Below, piece by piece: positions 49,501-63,000 of a stretch of DNA of 64,000 nt. Numbering within the stretch: the first letter of the stretch is position 1; every line of letters starts with the position of its first letter. Under the pieces are notes generated by a model. The model did no database searches. It was not told the DNA's origin and worked only from the letters and a program-made list of their open reading frames with translations. The DNA is taken from positions 166,098,001-166,162,000 of the forward strand of contig OZ024742.1 in NCBI GenBank assembly GCA_964016885.1, given 5' to 3'. The translations under genes and the position numbers were made by a program. This DNA is from Eledone cirrhosa. Lineage: Eukaryota.

Positions 49501-52500
49501 CAAGGGGAGATAATTTCCAGCCGTCCAAGGGGAGATAATTTCCCGCCAGCCAAGGGAAGATAATATTTTAAAAAATCAGGCGGAGATAATTTGTAAAAAA
49601 AATCAGGGGGAGATAATTTGTAAAAAAATCAGGGGGAGATAATTTGTAAAAAAAAAATCAGGGGGAGATAATTTGTAAAAAAAATCAGGGGGAGTTAATT
49701 TGTAAAAAAAAATCAGGGGTAGATAATTTGTAAAAAAAAATCAGGGGGAGATAATTTGTAAAAAAAAAATCAGGGGGAGATAATTTGTAAAAAAAATCAA
49801 GGGGAGATAATTTCCAGCCGTCCAAGGAGAGATAATTTTTAAAAAAAATCAGGCGGAGATAATTTGTAAAAAAAAATCAAGGGGAGATAATTTGTAAAAA
49901 AAAATCAAGGGGAGATAATTTGTAAAAAAAATCAAGGGGAGATAATTTCCAGCCGTCCAAGGGAAGATAATTTCCAGCACTCCAAGGGGCTATAATTTCC
50001 AGTGTCCAAGGGGAGATAATTTCCAGCCAGCGAAGGGGAGATAATTTTTTTAAAAAAATCAGGGGGAGATATGTAAAAAAAATCAGAGGGAGATAATTTC
50101 TAAAAAAAATCAAAGGGAGATAATTTCCAGCCGTCCAAAGAGAGATAATTTCTAGCCGTCCAAGGGGAGATAATTTCCAGCCAAGGGGAGATAATTTCCA
50201 GCCGTCCAAGGGGAGATAATTATTTAAAAAATCAGGTGGAGATAATTTGTAAAAAAAATCAGGGGGAGATAATTTGTAAAAACAAAATCAAGGGCAGATA
50301 ATTTCCAGCTGTCCAAGGGGAGATAATTTCCAGCCGTGCAAGGGGAGATAATTTCCAGCCGTCCAAGGGGAGATAATTTCCATCCTTCCAAGGGGAGATA
50401 ATGTCCAGCCGTCCAAGGGGAGATAATTTCCCGCCAGCCAAGGGAAGATAATTTTTAAAAAAATCAGGCGGAGATTGTAAAAAAAATCAGGGGGAGATAA
50501 TTTGTAAAAAAAAAATCAGGGGGAGATAATTTGTAAAAAAAATCAGGGGTAGATAATTTGTAAAAAAAAATCAGGGGGAGATAATTTGTAAAAAAAAATC
50601 AGGGGGAGATAATTTCTAAAAAAATCAAGGGGAGATAATATGCAGCCGTCCAAGGGGAGATAATTTTCAGCCGTCCAAGGAGAGGTAATTTCTAGCCGTC
50701 CAAGGGGAGATAATTTCCAGCCGTCCAAGGGGAGATAATTTCCAGCCGTCCAAGGGGAGATAGTTTTTTTAAAAAAATCAGGCGGAGATAATTTGTAAAA
50801 AAAAAATTTGGGGGAGATAATTTGTAAAAAAAAATCAGGGGGAGATAATTTGTAAAAAAAAATCAGGGGGAGATAATTTGTAAAAAAAATCAGGGGGAGA
50901 TAATTAGTAAAAAAAATCAAGGGGAGATAATTTCCAGCCGTCCAAGGGGAGGTAATATCTAGCCGTCCAAGGGGAGATAATTTCCAGCCGTCCAAGGGGA
51001 GATAATTTCCAGCCGTCCAAGGGTAGATAATATCCAGCCGTCCAAGTAGACATATTTTCCAGCCGTCCAAGGAGAGGTAATTTCTAGCCGTCCAAGGGGA
51101 GATAAATTCCAGCCTCCAAGGGGAGATAATTTCCAGCCAGCCAAGGGGAGATAATTTGTAAAAAAATCAGGGGGAGATAATTTGTAAAAAAAATCAGGGG
51201 GAGATAATTTGTAAAAAAAAATCAGGGGGAGATAATTTGTAAAAAAAAATCAGGGGGAGATAATTTGTAAAAAAAATCAAGGGGAGATAATTTGTAAAAA
51301 AAAATCAGGGGGAGATAATTTGTAAAAAAAAATCAGGGGGAGATAATTTGTAAAAAAAAATCAGGGGGAGATAATTTGTAAAAAAAATCAAGGGGAGATA
51401 ATTTCCAGCCGTCCAAGGAGAGATAATTTAAAAAAAAAATCAGGCGGAGATAATTTGTAAAAAAAAATCAGGGGGAGATAATTTGTAAAAAAAAATCAGG
51501 GGGAGATAATTTGTAAAAAAAATCAAGGGGAGATAATTTCCAGCCGTCCAAGGGGAGATAATTTCCAGCCGTCCAAGGGGAGATAATTTTTTTAAAAAAA
51601 TCAGGCGGAGATAATTTGTAAAAAAAATCAGGGGGAGATAATTTGTAAAAAAAAATCAGGGGGAGATAATTTGTAAAAAAAAATCAGGGGGAGATAATTT
51701 CCAGCCGTCCAAGGTAAGATAATTTCCAGCCCTCCAAGGGGCTATAATTTCCAGCCGTCCAAGGGTAGATAATATCCAGCCGTCCAAGTAGACATATTTT
51801 CCAGCCGTCCAAGGAGAGGTAATTTCTAGCCGTCCAAGGGGAGATAAATTCCAGCATCCAAGGGGAGATAATTTCCAGCCAGCCAAAGGGAGATAATTTG
51901 TAAAAAAATCAGGGGGAGATAATTTGTAAAAAAAATCAGGGGGAGATAATTTGTAAAAAAAAATCAGGGGGAGATAATTTGTAAAAAAAAATCAGGGGGA
52001 GATAATTTGTAAAAAAAAATCAGGGGGAGATAATTTGTAAAAAAAATCAAGGGGAGATAATTTCCAGCCGTCCAAGGGGAGATAATTTTCAGCCGTCCAA
52101 GGGGAGATAATTTCCAGCCGTCCAAGGGGAGATAATTTCCATCCTTCCAAGGGGAGATAATTTCCAGCCGTCCAAGGGGAGATAATTTTCAGCCGTCCAA
52201 GGGGAGATAATTTCCCGCCAGCCAAGGGAAGATAATATTTTAAAAAATCAGGCGGAGATAATTTGTAAAAAAAATCAGGGGGAGATAATTTGTAAAAAAA
52301 AAATCAGGGGGAGATAATTTGTAAAAAAAATCAGGGGGAGATAATTTGTAAAAAAAAATCAGGGGTAGATAATTTGTAAAAAAAAATCAGGGGGAGATAA
52401 TTTGTAAAAAAAATCAGGGGGAGATAATTTGTAAAAAAAATCAGGGGGAGATAATTTGTAAAAAAAATCAGGGGGAGATAATTTGTAAAAAAAAATCAGG

Positions 52501-55073
52501 GGTAGATAATTTGTAAAAAAAAATCAGGGGGAGATAATTTGTAAAAAAAAATCAGGGGGAGATAATTTGTAAAAAAAATCAGGGGGAGATAATTTGTAAA
52601 AAAAAATCAGGGGGAGATAATTTCCGGCCGTCCAAGGGGAGATAATTTTCAGCCGTCCAAGGGGAGATAATTTCCCGCCAGCCAAGGGAAGATAATATTT
52701 AAAAAAATCAGGCGGAGATAATTTGTAAAAAAAATCAGGGGGAGATAATTTGTAAAAAAATCAGGGGGAGATAATTTGTAAAAAAAATCAAGGGGAGATA
52801 ATTTCCAGCCGTCCAAGGGGAGGTAATATCTAGCCGTCCAAGGGGAGATAATTTCCAGCCGTCCAAGAGGAGATAATTTCCAGCCGTCCAAGGGTAGATA
52901 ATATCCAGCCGTCCAAGGAGACATATTTTCCAGCCGTCCAAGGAGAGGTAATTTCTAGCCGTCCAAGGGGAGATAAATTCCAGCCTCCAAGGGGAGATAA
53001 TTTCCAGCCAGCCAAGGGGAGATAATTTGTAAAAAAAATCAGGGGGAGATAATTTGTAAAAAAAATCAGGGGGAGATAATTTGTAAAAAAATCAGGGGGA
53101 GATAATTTGTAAAAAAAAAATCAGGGGGAGATAATTTGTAAAAAAAATCAGGGGGAGATGATTTGTAAAAAAAAATCAGGGGTAGATAATTTGTAAAAAA
53201 AAATCAGGGGGTGATAATTTGTAAAAAAAAATCAGGGGGAGATAATTTGTAAAAAAAATCAAGGGGAGATAATTTCCAGCCGTCGAAGGGAAGATAATTT
53301 CCAGCCCTCCAAGGGGCTATAATTTCCAGCGTCCAAGGGGAGATAATTTCCAGCCGTCCAAGGGGAGATAATTTCCAGCCGTCCAAGGGTAGATAATATC
53401 CAGCCGTCCAAGTAGACATTTTCCAGCCGTCCAAGAAGAGGTAATTTCTAGCCGTCCAAGGGGAGATAAATTCCAGCCTCCAAGGGGAGATAATTTCCAG
53501 CCAGCCAAGGGGAGATAATTTGTAAAAAAATCAGGGGGAGATAATTTGTAAAAAAAATCAGGGGGAGATAATTTGTAAAAAAAAATCAGGGGGAGATAAT
53601 TTGTAAAAAAAATCAGGGGGAGATAATTTGTAAAAAAAATCAGGGGGAGATAATTTGTAAAAAAAATCAAGGGGAGATAATTTCCAGCCGTCCAAGGGGA
53701 GATAATTTTCAGCCGTCCAAGGGGAGATAATTTCCAGCCGTCCAAGGGGAGATAATTTCCATCCTTCCAAGGGGAGATAATTTCCAGCCGTCCAAGGGGA
53801 GATAATTTTCAGCCGTCCAAGGGGAGATAATTTCCCGCCAGCCAAGGGAAGATAATATTTTAAAAAATCAGGCGGAGATAATTTGTAAAAAAAATCAGGG
53901 GGAGATAATTTGTAAAAAAATCAGGGGGAGATAATTTGTAAAAAAAAAATCAGGGGGAGATAATTTGTAAAAAAAATCAGTGGGAGATAATTTGTAAAAA
54001 AAAATCAGGGGTAGATAATTTTTAAAAAAAAATCAGGGGGAGATAATTTGTAAAAAAAAAATCAGGGGGAGATAATTTGTAAAAAAAATCAAGGGGAGAT
54101 AATTTCCAGCCGTCCAAGGAGAGATAATTTTTAAAAAAAATCAGGCGGAGATAATTTGTAAAAAAAAATCAAGGGGAGATAATTTGTAAAAAAAATCAAG
54201 GGGAGATAATTTCCAGCCGTCCAAGGGAAGATAATTTCCAGCACTCCAAGGGGCTATAATTTCCAGTGTCCAAGGGGAGATAATTTCCAGCCAGCGAAGG
54301 GGAGATAATTTTTTTAAAAAAATCAGGGGGAGATATGTAAAAAAAATCAGAGGGAGATAATTTCTAAAAAAAATCAAAGGGAGATAATTTCCAGCCGTCC
54401 AAAGAGAGATAATTTCTAGCCGTCCAAGGGGAGATAATTTCCAGCCAAGGGGAGATAATTTCCAGCCGTCCAAGGGGAGATAATTATTTAAAAAATCAGG
54501 TGGAGATAATTTGTAAAAAAAATCAGGGGGAGATAATTTGTAAAAACAAAATCAAGGGCAGATAATTTCCAGCTGTCCAAGGGGAGATAATTTCCAGCCG
54601 TGCAAGGGGAGATAATTTCCAGCCGTCCAAGGGGAGATAATTTCCATCCTTCCAAGGGGAGATAATGTCCAGCCGTCCAAGGGGAGATAATTTCCCGCCA
54701 GCCAAGGTAAGATAATTTTTAAAAAAATCAGGCGGAGATTGTAAAAAAAATCAGGGGGAGATAATTTGTAAAAAAAAAATCAGGGGGAGATAATTTGTAA
54801 AAAAAATCAGGGGTAGATAATTTGTAAAAAAAAATCAGGGGGAGATAATTTGTAAAAAAAAATCAGGGGGAGATAATTTCTAAAAAAATCAAGGGGAGAT
54901 AATATGCAGCCGTCCAAGGGGAGATAATTTTCAGCCGTCCAAGGAGAGGTAATTTCTAGCCGTCCAAGGGGAGATAATTTCCAGCCGTCCAAGGGGAGAT
55001 AATTTCCAGCCGTCCAAGGGGAGATAGTTTTTTTAAAAAAATCAGGCGGAGATAATTTGTAAAAAAAAAATCA
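43452..55073 (+). repeat. ~4.0-4.3-kb unit in three tandem copies (43452-47444, 47445-~51600, ~51601-55073, the last partial)
   Basis: ORF offsets: 43843/47836 and 44944/48937 (3993); 45909/49877 and 46575/50543 (3968, one 25-bp monomer lost near 49530); 48382/52649 (4267); 50259/54523 (4264). CCGGCCG lies at 44364, 48357 and 52624. Confidence 0.87.
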
Positions 55074-57025
55074 GGGGGAGATGATTTGTAAAAAAAAATC
55101 AGGGGTAGATAATTTGTAAAAAAAAATCAGGGGGTGATAATTTGTAAAAAAAAATCAGGGGGAGATAATTTGTAAAAAAAATCAAGGGGAGATAATTTCC
55201 AGCCGTCGAAGGGAAGATAATTTCCAGCCCTCCAAGGGGCTATAATTTCCAGCGTCCAAGGGGAGATAATTTCCAGCCGTCCAAGGGGAGATAATTTCCA
55301 GCCGTCCAAGGGTAGATAATATCCAGCCGTCCAAGTAGACATTTTCCAGCCGTCCAAGGAGAGGTAATTTCTAGCCGTCCAAGGGGAGATAAATTCCAGC
55401 CTCCAAGGGGAGATAATTTCCAGCCAGCCAAGGGGAGATAATTTGTAAAAAAATCAGGGGGAGATAATTTGTAAAAAAAATCAGGGGGAGATAATTTGTA
55501 AAAAAAAATCAGGGGGAGATAATTTGTAAAAAAAATCAGGGGGAGATAATTTGTAAAAAAAATCAGGGGGAGATAATTTGTAAAAAAAATCAAGGGGAGA
55601 TAATTTCCAGCCGTCCAAGGGGAGATAATTTTCAGCCGTCCAAGGGGAGATAATTTCCAGCCGTCCAAGGGGAGATAATTTCCATCCTTCCAAGGGGAGA
55701 TAATTTCCAGCCGTCCAAGGGGAGATAATTTTCAGCCGTCCAAGGGGAGATAATTTCCCGCCAGCCAAGGGAAGATAATATTTTAAAAAATCAGGCGGAG
55801 ATAATTTGTAAAAAAAATCAGGGGGAGATAATTTGTAAAAAAATCAGGGGGAGATAATTTGTAAAAAAAAAATCAGGGGGAGATAATTTGTAAAAAAAAT
55901 CAGGGGGAGATAATTTGTAAAAAAAAATCAGGGGTAGATAATTTGTAAAAAAAAATCAGGGGGAGATAATTTGTAAAAAAAAAATCAGGGGGAGATAATT
56001 TGTAAAAAAAATCAAGGGGAGATAATTTCCAGCCGTCCAAGGAGAGATAATTTTTAAAAAAAATCAGGCGGAGATAATTTGTAAAAAAAAATCAAGGGGA
56101 GATAATTTGTAAAAAAAAATCAAGGGGAGATAATTTGTAAAAAAAATCAAGGGGAGATAATTTCCAGCCGTCCAAGGGAAGATAATTTCCAGCACTCCAA
56201 GGGGCTATAATTTCCAGTGTCCAAGGGGAGATAATTTCCAGCCAGCGAAGGGGAGATAATTTTTTTAAAAAAATCAGGGGGAGATATGTAAAAAAAATCA
56301 GAGGGAGATAATTTCTAAAAAAAATCAAAGGGAGATAATTTCCAGCCGTCCAAAGAGAGATAATTTCTAGCCGTCCAAGGGGAGATAATTTCCAGCCAAG
56401 GGGAGATAATTTCCAGCCGTCCAAGGGGAGATAATTATTTAAAAAATCAGGTGGAGATAATTTGTAAAAAAAATCAGGGGGAGATAATTTGTAAAAACAA
56501 AATCAAGGGCAGATAATTTCCAGCTGTCCAAGGGGAGATAATTTCCAGCCGTGCAAGGGGAGATAATTTCCAGCCGTCCAAGGGGAGATAATTTCCATCC
56601 TTCCAAGGGGAGATAATGTCCAGCCGTCCAAGGGGAGATAATTTCCCGCCAGCCAAGGGAAGATAATTTTTAAAAAAATCAGGCGGAGATTGTAAAAAAA
56701 ATCAGGGGGAGATAATTTGTAAAAAAAAAATCAGGGGGAGATAATTTGTAAAAAAAATCAGGGGTAGATAATTTGTAAAAAAAAATCAGGGGGAGATAAT
56801 TTGTAAAAAAAAATCAGGGGGAGATAATTTCTAAAAAAATCAAGGGGAGATAATATGCAGCCGTCCAAGGGGAGATAATTTTCAGCCGTCCAAGGAGAGG
56901 TAATTTCTAGCCGTCCAAGGGGAGATAATTTCCAGCCGTCCAAGGGGAGATAATTTCCAGCCGTCCAAGGGGAGATAGTTTTTTTAAAAAAATCAGGCGG
57001 AGATAATTTGTAAAAAAAAAATCAG
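53151..57025 (+). repeat. ~1.9-kb tandem duplication (53151-55073 / 55074-57025)
   Basis: ORF offsets: 53204/55127 and 53317/55240 (1923); 54523/56474 and 54807/56758 (1951, one extra 28-bp B monomer). GGGGGAGATG lies at 53151 and 55074. Confidence 0.88.
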
Positions 57026-60000
57026 GGGGAGATAATTTGTAAAAAAAAATCAGGGGGAGATAATTTGTAAAAAAAATCAGGGGGAGATAATTAGTAAAAA
57101 AAATCAAGGGGAGATAATTTCCAGCCGTCCAAGGGGAGGTAATATCTAGCCGTCCAAGGGGAGATAATTTCCAGCCGTCCAAGGGGAGATAATTTCCAGC
57201 CGTCCAAGGGTAGATAATATCCAGCCGTCCAAGTAGACATATTTTCCAGCCGTCCAAGGAGAGGTAATTTCTAGCCGTCCAAGGGGAGATAAATTCCAGC
57301 CTCCAAGGGGAGATAATTTCCAGCCAGCCAAGGGGAGATAATTTGTAAAAAAATCAGGGGGAGATAATTTGTAAAAAAAATCAGGGGGAGATAATTTGTA
57401 AAAAAAAATCAGGGGGAGATAATTTGTAAAAAAAAATCAGGGGGAGATAATTTGTAAAAAAAATCAGGGGGAGATAATTTGTAAAAAAAAATCAGGGGGA
57501 GATAATTTGTAAAAAAAAATCAGGGGGAGATAATTTGTAAAAAAAAATCAGGGGGAGATAATTTGTAAAAAAAATCAGGGGGAGATAATTTGTAAAAACA
57601 AATCAAGGGGAGATAATTTCCAGCCGTCCAAGGGGAGATAATTTTCAGCCGCCCAAGGGGAGATAATTTCCCGCCAGCCAAGGGAAGATAATATTTAAAA
57701 AATCAGGCGGAGATAATTTGTAAAAAAAATCAGGGGGAGATAATTTGTAAAAAAATCAGGGGGAGATAATTTGTAAAAAAAAAATCAGGGGGAGATAATT
57801 TGTAAAAAAAATCAGGGGGAGATGATTTGTAAAAAAAATCAGGCGTAGATAATTTGTAAAAAAAAATCAGGGGGAGATAATTTGTAAAAAAAAATCAGGG
57901 GGAGATAATTTGTAAAAAAAATCAAGAGGAGATAATTTCCAGCCGTCCAAGGGGAGATAATTTTCAGCCGTCCAAGGGGAGATAATTTCCAGCCGTCCAA
58001 GGGGAGATAATTTCCATCCTTCCAAGGGGAGATAATTTCCAGCCGTCCAAGGGGAGATAATTTCCCGCCAACCAAGGGAAGATAATTTTTAAAAAAATCA
58101 GGCGGAGATTGTAAAAAAAATCAGGGGGAGATAATTTGTAAAAAAATCAGGGGGAGATAATTTGTAAAAAAAAAATCAGGGGGAGATAATTTGTAAAAAA
58201 AATCAGGGGGAGATAATTTGTAAAAAAAAATCAAGGGGAGATAATTTGTACAAAAAATCAGGGGTATATAATTTGTAAAAAAAAATCAGGGGGAGATAAT
58301 TTGTAAAAAAAAATCAGGGGGAGATAATTTGTAAAAAAAATCAAGGGGAGATAATTTGCAGCCGTCCAAGGGGAGATAATTTTCAGCCGTCCAAGGAGAG
58401 GTAATTTCTAGCCGTCCAAGGTGAGATAATATCCAGCCGTCCAAGGGGAGATAATTTCCAGCCGTCCAAGGGGAGATAATTTTAAAAAAAAAACAGGCGA
58501 AGATAATTTGTAAAAAAAAAATCAGGGGGAGATAATTTGTAAAAAAAAATCAGGGGGAGATAATTTGTAAAAAAAATCAGGGGGAGGTAATTTGTAAAAA
58601 AAATCAAGGGGAGATAATTTCCAGCCGTCCAAGGGAAGATAATTTCCAGCCCTCCAAGGGGCTATAATTTCCAGCGTCCAAGGGGAGATAATTTCCAGCC
58701 AGCGAAGGGGAGATAATTTTTTTTTTTTTAAATCAGGGGGACATAATTTGTAAAAAAAAATCAGGGGGAGATAATTTGTAAAAAAAATCAAGGGGAGATA
58801 ATTTGTAAAAAAAAATCAGGGGGAGATAATTTGTAAAAAAAAATCAGGGGGAGATAATTTGTAAAAAAAATTAAGGGGAGATAATTTGTAAAAAAAAATC
58901 AAGGGGAGATAATTTCCAGCCGTCCAAGGAGAGGTAATTTCTAGACGTCCAAGGGGAGATAATTTCCAGCCGTCCAAGGGGAGATAATTTCCAGCCGTCC
59001 AAGGGTAGATAATATCCAGCCGTCCAAGGAGACATATTTTCCAGCTTTCCAAGCAGAGGTAATTTCTAGCCGTCCAAGGGGAGATAAATTCCAGCCTCCA
59101 AGGGGAGATAATTTCCAGCCAGCCAAGGGGAGATAATTTGTAAAAAAAATCAGGGGGAGATAATTTGTAAAAAAAATCAGGGGGAGATAATTTGTAAAAA
59201 AAATCAGGGGGAGATAATTTCCAGCCATCCAAGGGGAGATAATTTTCAGCCGTCCAAGGGGAGATAATTTCCCGCCAGCCAAGGGAAGATAATATTTAAA
59301 AAATGAGGCGGAGATAATTTGTAAAAAAATCAGGGGGAGATAATTTGTAAAAAAAAAATCAGGGGGAGATAATTTGTAAAAAAAATCAGGGGGAGATAAT
59401 TTGTAAAAAAAAATCAGGGGTAGATAATTTGTAAAAAAAAATCAGGGGGAGATAATTTGTAAAAAAAATCAGGGGGAGATAATTTATAAAAAAAATCAAG
59501 GGGAGATAATTTCCAGCCGTCCAAGGGAAGATAATTTCAAGCCCTCCAAGGGGCTATAATTTCCAGTGTCCAAGGGGAGATAATTTCCAGCCAGCGAAGG
59601 GGAGATAATTTTTTTTTAAAAATCAGGGGGAGATTTGTAAAAAAAATCAGGGGGAGATAATTTGTAAAAAAAATCAAAGGGAGATAATTTCCAGCCGTCC
59701 AAAGAGATAATTTCTAGCCGTCCAAGGGGAGATAATTTCGAGCCAAGGGGAGATAATTTCCAGCCGTCCAAGGGGAGATAATTTTTTAAAAAATCAGGTG
59801 GAGATAATTTGTAAAAAAAATCAGGGGGAGATAATTTGTAAAAACAAAATCAAGGGGAGATAATTTCCAGCTGTCCAAGGGGAGATAATTTCCAGCCGTG
59901 CAAGGGGAGATAATTTCCAGCCGTCCAAGGGGAGATAATTTCCATCCTTCCAAGGGGAGATAATTTCCAGCCGTCCAAGGGGAGATAATTTCCCGCCAGC

Positions 60001-63000
60001 CAAGGGAAGATAATTTTTTAAAAAATCAGGCGGAGATTGTAAAAAAAATCAGGGGGAGATAATTTGTAAAAAATCAGGGGGAGATAATTTGTAAAAAAAT
60101 CAAGGGGAGATAATTTCCAGCTGTCCAAGGGGAGGTAATATCTAGCCGTCCAAGGGGAGATAATTTCCAGCCGTCCAAGGGGAGATAATTTCCAGCCGTC
60201 CAAGGGTAGATAATATCCAGCCGTCCAAGGAGACATATTTTCCAGCCGTCCAAGGAGAGGTAATTTCTAGCCGTCCAAGTGGAGATAAATTCCAGCCTCC
60301 AAGGGGAGATAATTTCCAGCCAGCCAAGGGGAGATAATTTGTAAAAAAATCAGGGGGAGATAATTTGTAAAAAAAATCAGGGGGAGATAATTTGTAAAAA
60401 AAAATCAGGGGGAGATAATTTGTAAAAAAAATCAGGGGGAGATAATTTGTAAAAAAAATCAAGGGGAGATAATTTCCAGCCGTCCAAGGGGAGATAATTT
60501 TCAGCCGTCCAAGGGGAGATAATTTCCCGCCAGCCAAGGGAAGATAATATTTAAAAAATGAGGCGGAGATAATTTGTAAAAAAAAATCAGGGGTAGATAA
60601 TTTGTAAAAAAAATCAGGGGGAGATAATTTGTAAAAAAAATCAAGGGGAGATAATTTCCAGCCGTCCAAGGAGAGATAATTTTTAAAAAAAATCAGGCGG
60701 AGATAATTTGTAAAAAAAAAATCAGGGGGAGATAATTTGTAAAAAAAAATCAGGGGGAGATAATTTGTAAAAAAAATCAAGGGGAGATAATTTCCAGCCG
60801 TCCAAGGGGAGATAATTTTCAGCCGTCCAAGGGGAGATAATTTCCAGCCGTCCAAGGGGAGATAATTTAAAAAAAAAATCAGGCGGAGATAATTTGTAAA
60901 AAAAATCAAGGGGAGATAATTTGCAACCGTCCAAGGGGACATAATTTTCAGTCGTCCAAGGAGAGGTAATTTCTAGCCGTACAAGGGGAGATAATTTCCA
61001 GCCGTCCAAGGGGAGATAATTTCCAGCCGTCCAAGGGGAGATAATTTTTTTTTAAAAATCAGGCGGAGATAATTTGTAAAAAAAAATCAGGGGGAGATAA
61101 TTTGTAAAAAAAAATCAGGGGGAGATAATTTCTAAAAAAATCAAGGGGAGATAATATGCAGCCGTCCAAGGGGAGATAATTTTCAGCCGTCCAAGGAGAG
61201 GTAATTTCTAGCCGTCCAAGGGGAGATAATTTCCAGCCGTCCAAGGGGAGATAATTTCCAGCCGTCCAAGGGGAGATAGTTTTTTTTAAAAAATCAGGCG
61301 GAGATAATTTGTAAAAAAAAAATCAGGGGGAGATAATATGTAAAAAAAAATCAGGGGGAGATAATTTGTAAAAAAAAATCAGGGGGAGATAATTTGTAAA
61401 AAAAATCAGGGGGAGATAATTAGTAAAAAAAATCAAGGGGAGATAATTTCCAGCCGTCCAAGGGGAGGTAATATCTAGCCGTCCAAGGGGAGATAATTTC
61501 CAGCCGTCCAAGGGGAGATAATTTCCAGCCGTCCAAGGGTAGATAATATCCAGCCGTCCAAGTAGACATATTTTCCAGCCGTCCAAGGAGAGGTAATTTC
61601 TAGCCGTCCAAGGGGAGATAAATTCCAGCCTCCAAGGGGAGATAATTTCCAGCCAGCCAAGGGGAGATAATTTGTAAAAAAATCAGGGGGAGATAATTTG
61701 TAAAAAAAATCAGGGGGAGATAATTTGTAAAAAAAAATCAGGGGGAGATAATTTGTAAAAAAAAAATCAGGGGGAGATAATTTGTAAAAAAAATCAGGGG
61801 GAGATAATTTGTAAAAACAAATCAAGGGGAGATAATTTCCAGCCGTCCAAGGGGAGATAATTTTCAGCCGCCCAAGGGGAGATAATTTCCCGCCAGCCAA
61901 GGGAAGATAATATTTAAAAAATCAGGCGGAGATAATTTGTAAAAAAAATCAGGGGGAGATAATTTGTAAAAAAATCAGGGGGAGATAATTTGTAAAAAAA
62001 AAATCAGGGGGAGATAATTTGTAAAAAAAATCAGGGGGAGATGATTTGTAAAAAAAATCAGGGGTAGATAATTTGTAAAAAAAAATCAGGGGGAGATAAT
62101 TTGTAAAAAAAAATCAGGGGGAGATAATTTGTAAAAAAAATCAAGAGGAGATAATTTCCAGCCGTCCAAGGGGAGATAATTTTCAGCCGTCCAAGGGGAG
62201 ATAATTTCCAGCCGTCCAAGGGGAGATAATTTCCATCCTTCCAAGGGGAGATAATTTCCAGCCGTCCAAGGGGAGATAATTTCCCGCCAACCAAGGGAAG
62301 ATAATTTTTAAAAAAATCAGGCGGAGATTGTAAAAAAAATCAGGGGGAGATAATTTGTAAAAAAATCAGGGGGAGATAATTTGTAAAAAAAAAATCAGGG
62401 GGAGATAATTTGTAAAAAAAATCAGGGGGAGATAATTTGTAAAAAAAAATCAAGGGGAGATAATTTGTACAAAAAATCAGGGCTATATAATTTGTAAAAA
62501 AAAATCAGGGGGAGATAATTTGTAAAAAAAAATCAGGGGGAGATAATTTGTAAAAAAAATCAAGGGGAGATAATTTGCAGCCGTCCAAGGGGAGATAATT
62601 TTCAGCCGTCCAAGGAGAGGTAATTTCTAGCCGTCCAAGGTGAGATAATATCCAGCCGTCCAAGGGGAGATAATTTCCAGCCGTCCAAGGGGAGATAATT
62701 TTAAAAAAAAAACAGGCGAAGATAATTTGTAAAAAAAAAATCAGGGGGAGATAATTTGTAAAAAAAAATCAGGGGGAGATAATTTGTAAAAAAAATCAGG
62801 GGGAGGTAATTTGTAAAAAAAATCAAGGGGAGATAATTTCCAGCCGTCCAAGGGAAGATAATTTCCAGCCCTCCAAGGGGCTATAATTTCCAGCGTCCAA
62901 GGGGAGATAATTTCCAGCCAGCGAAGGGGAGATAATTTTTTTTTTTTTAAATCAGGGGGACATAATTTGTAAAAAAAAATCAGGGGGAGATAATTTGTAA

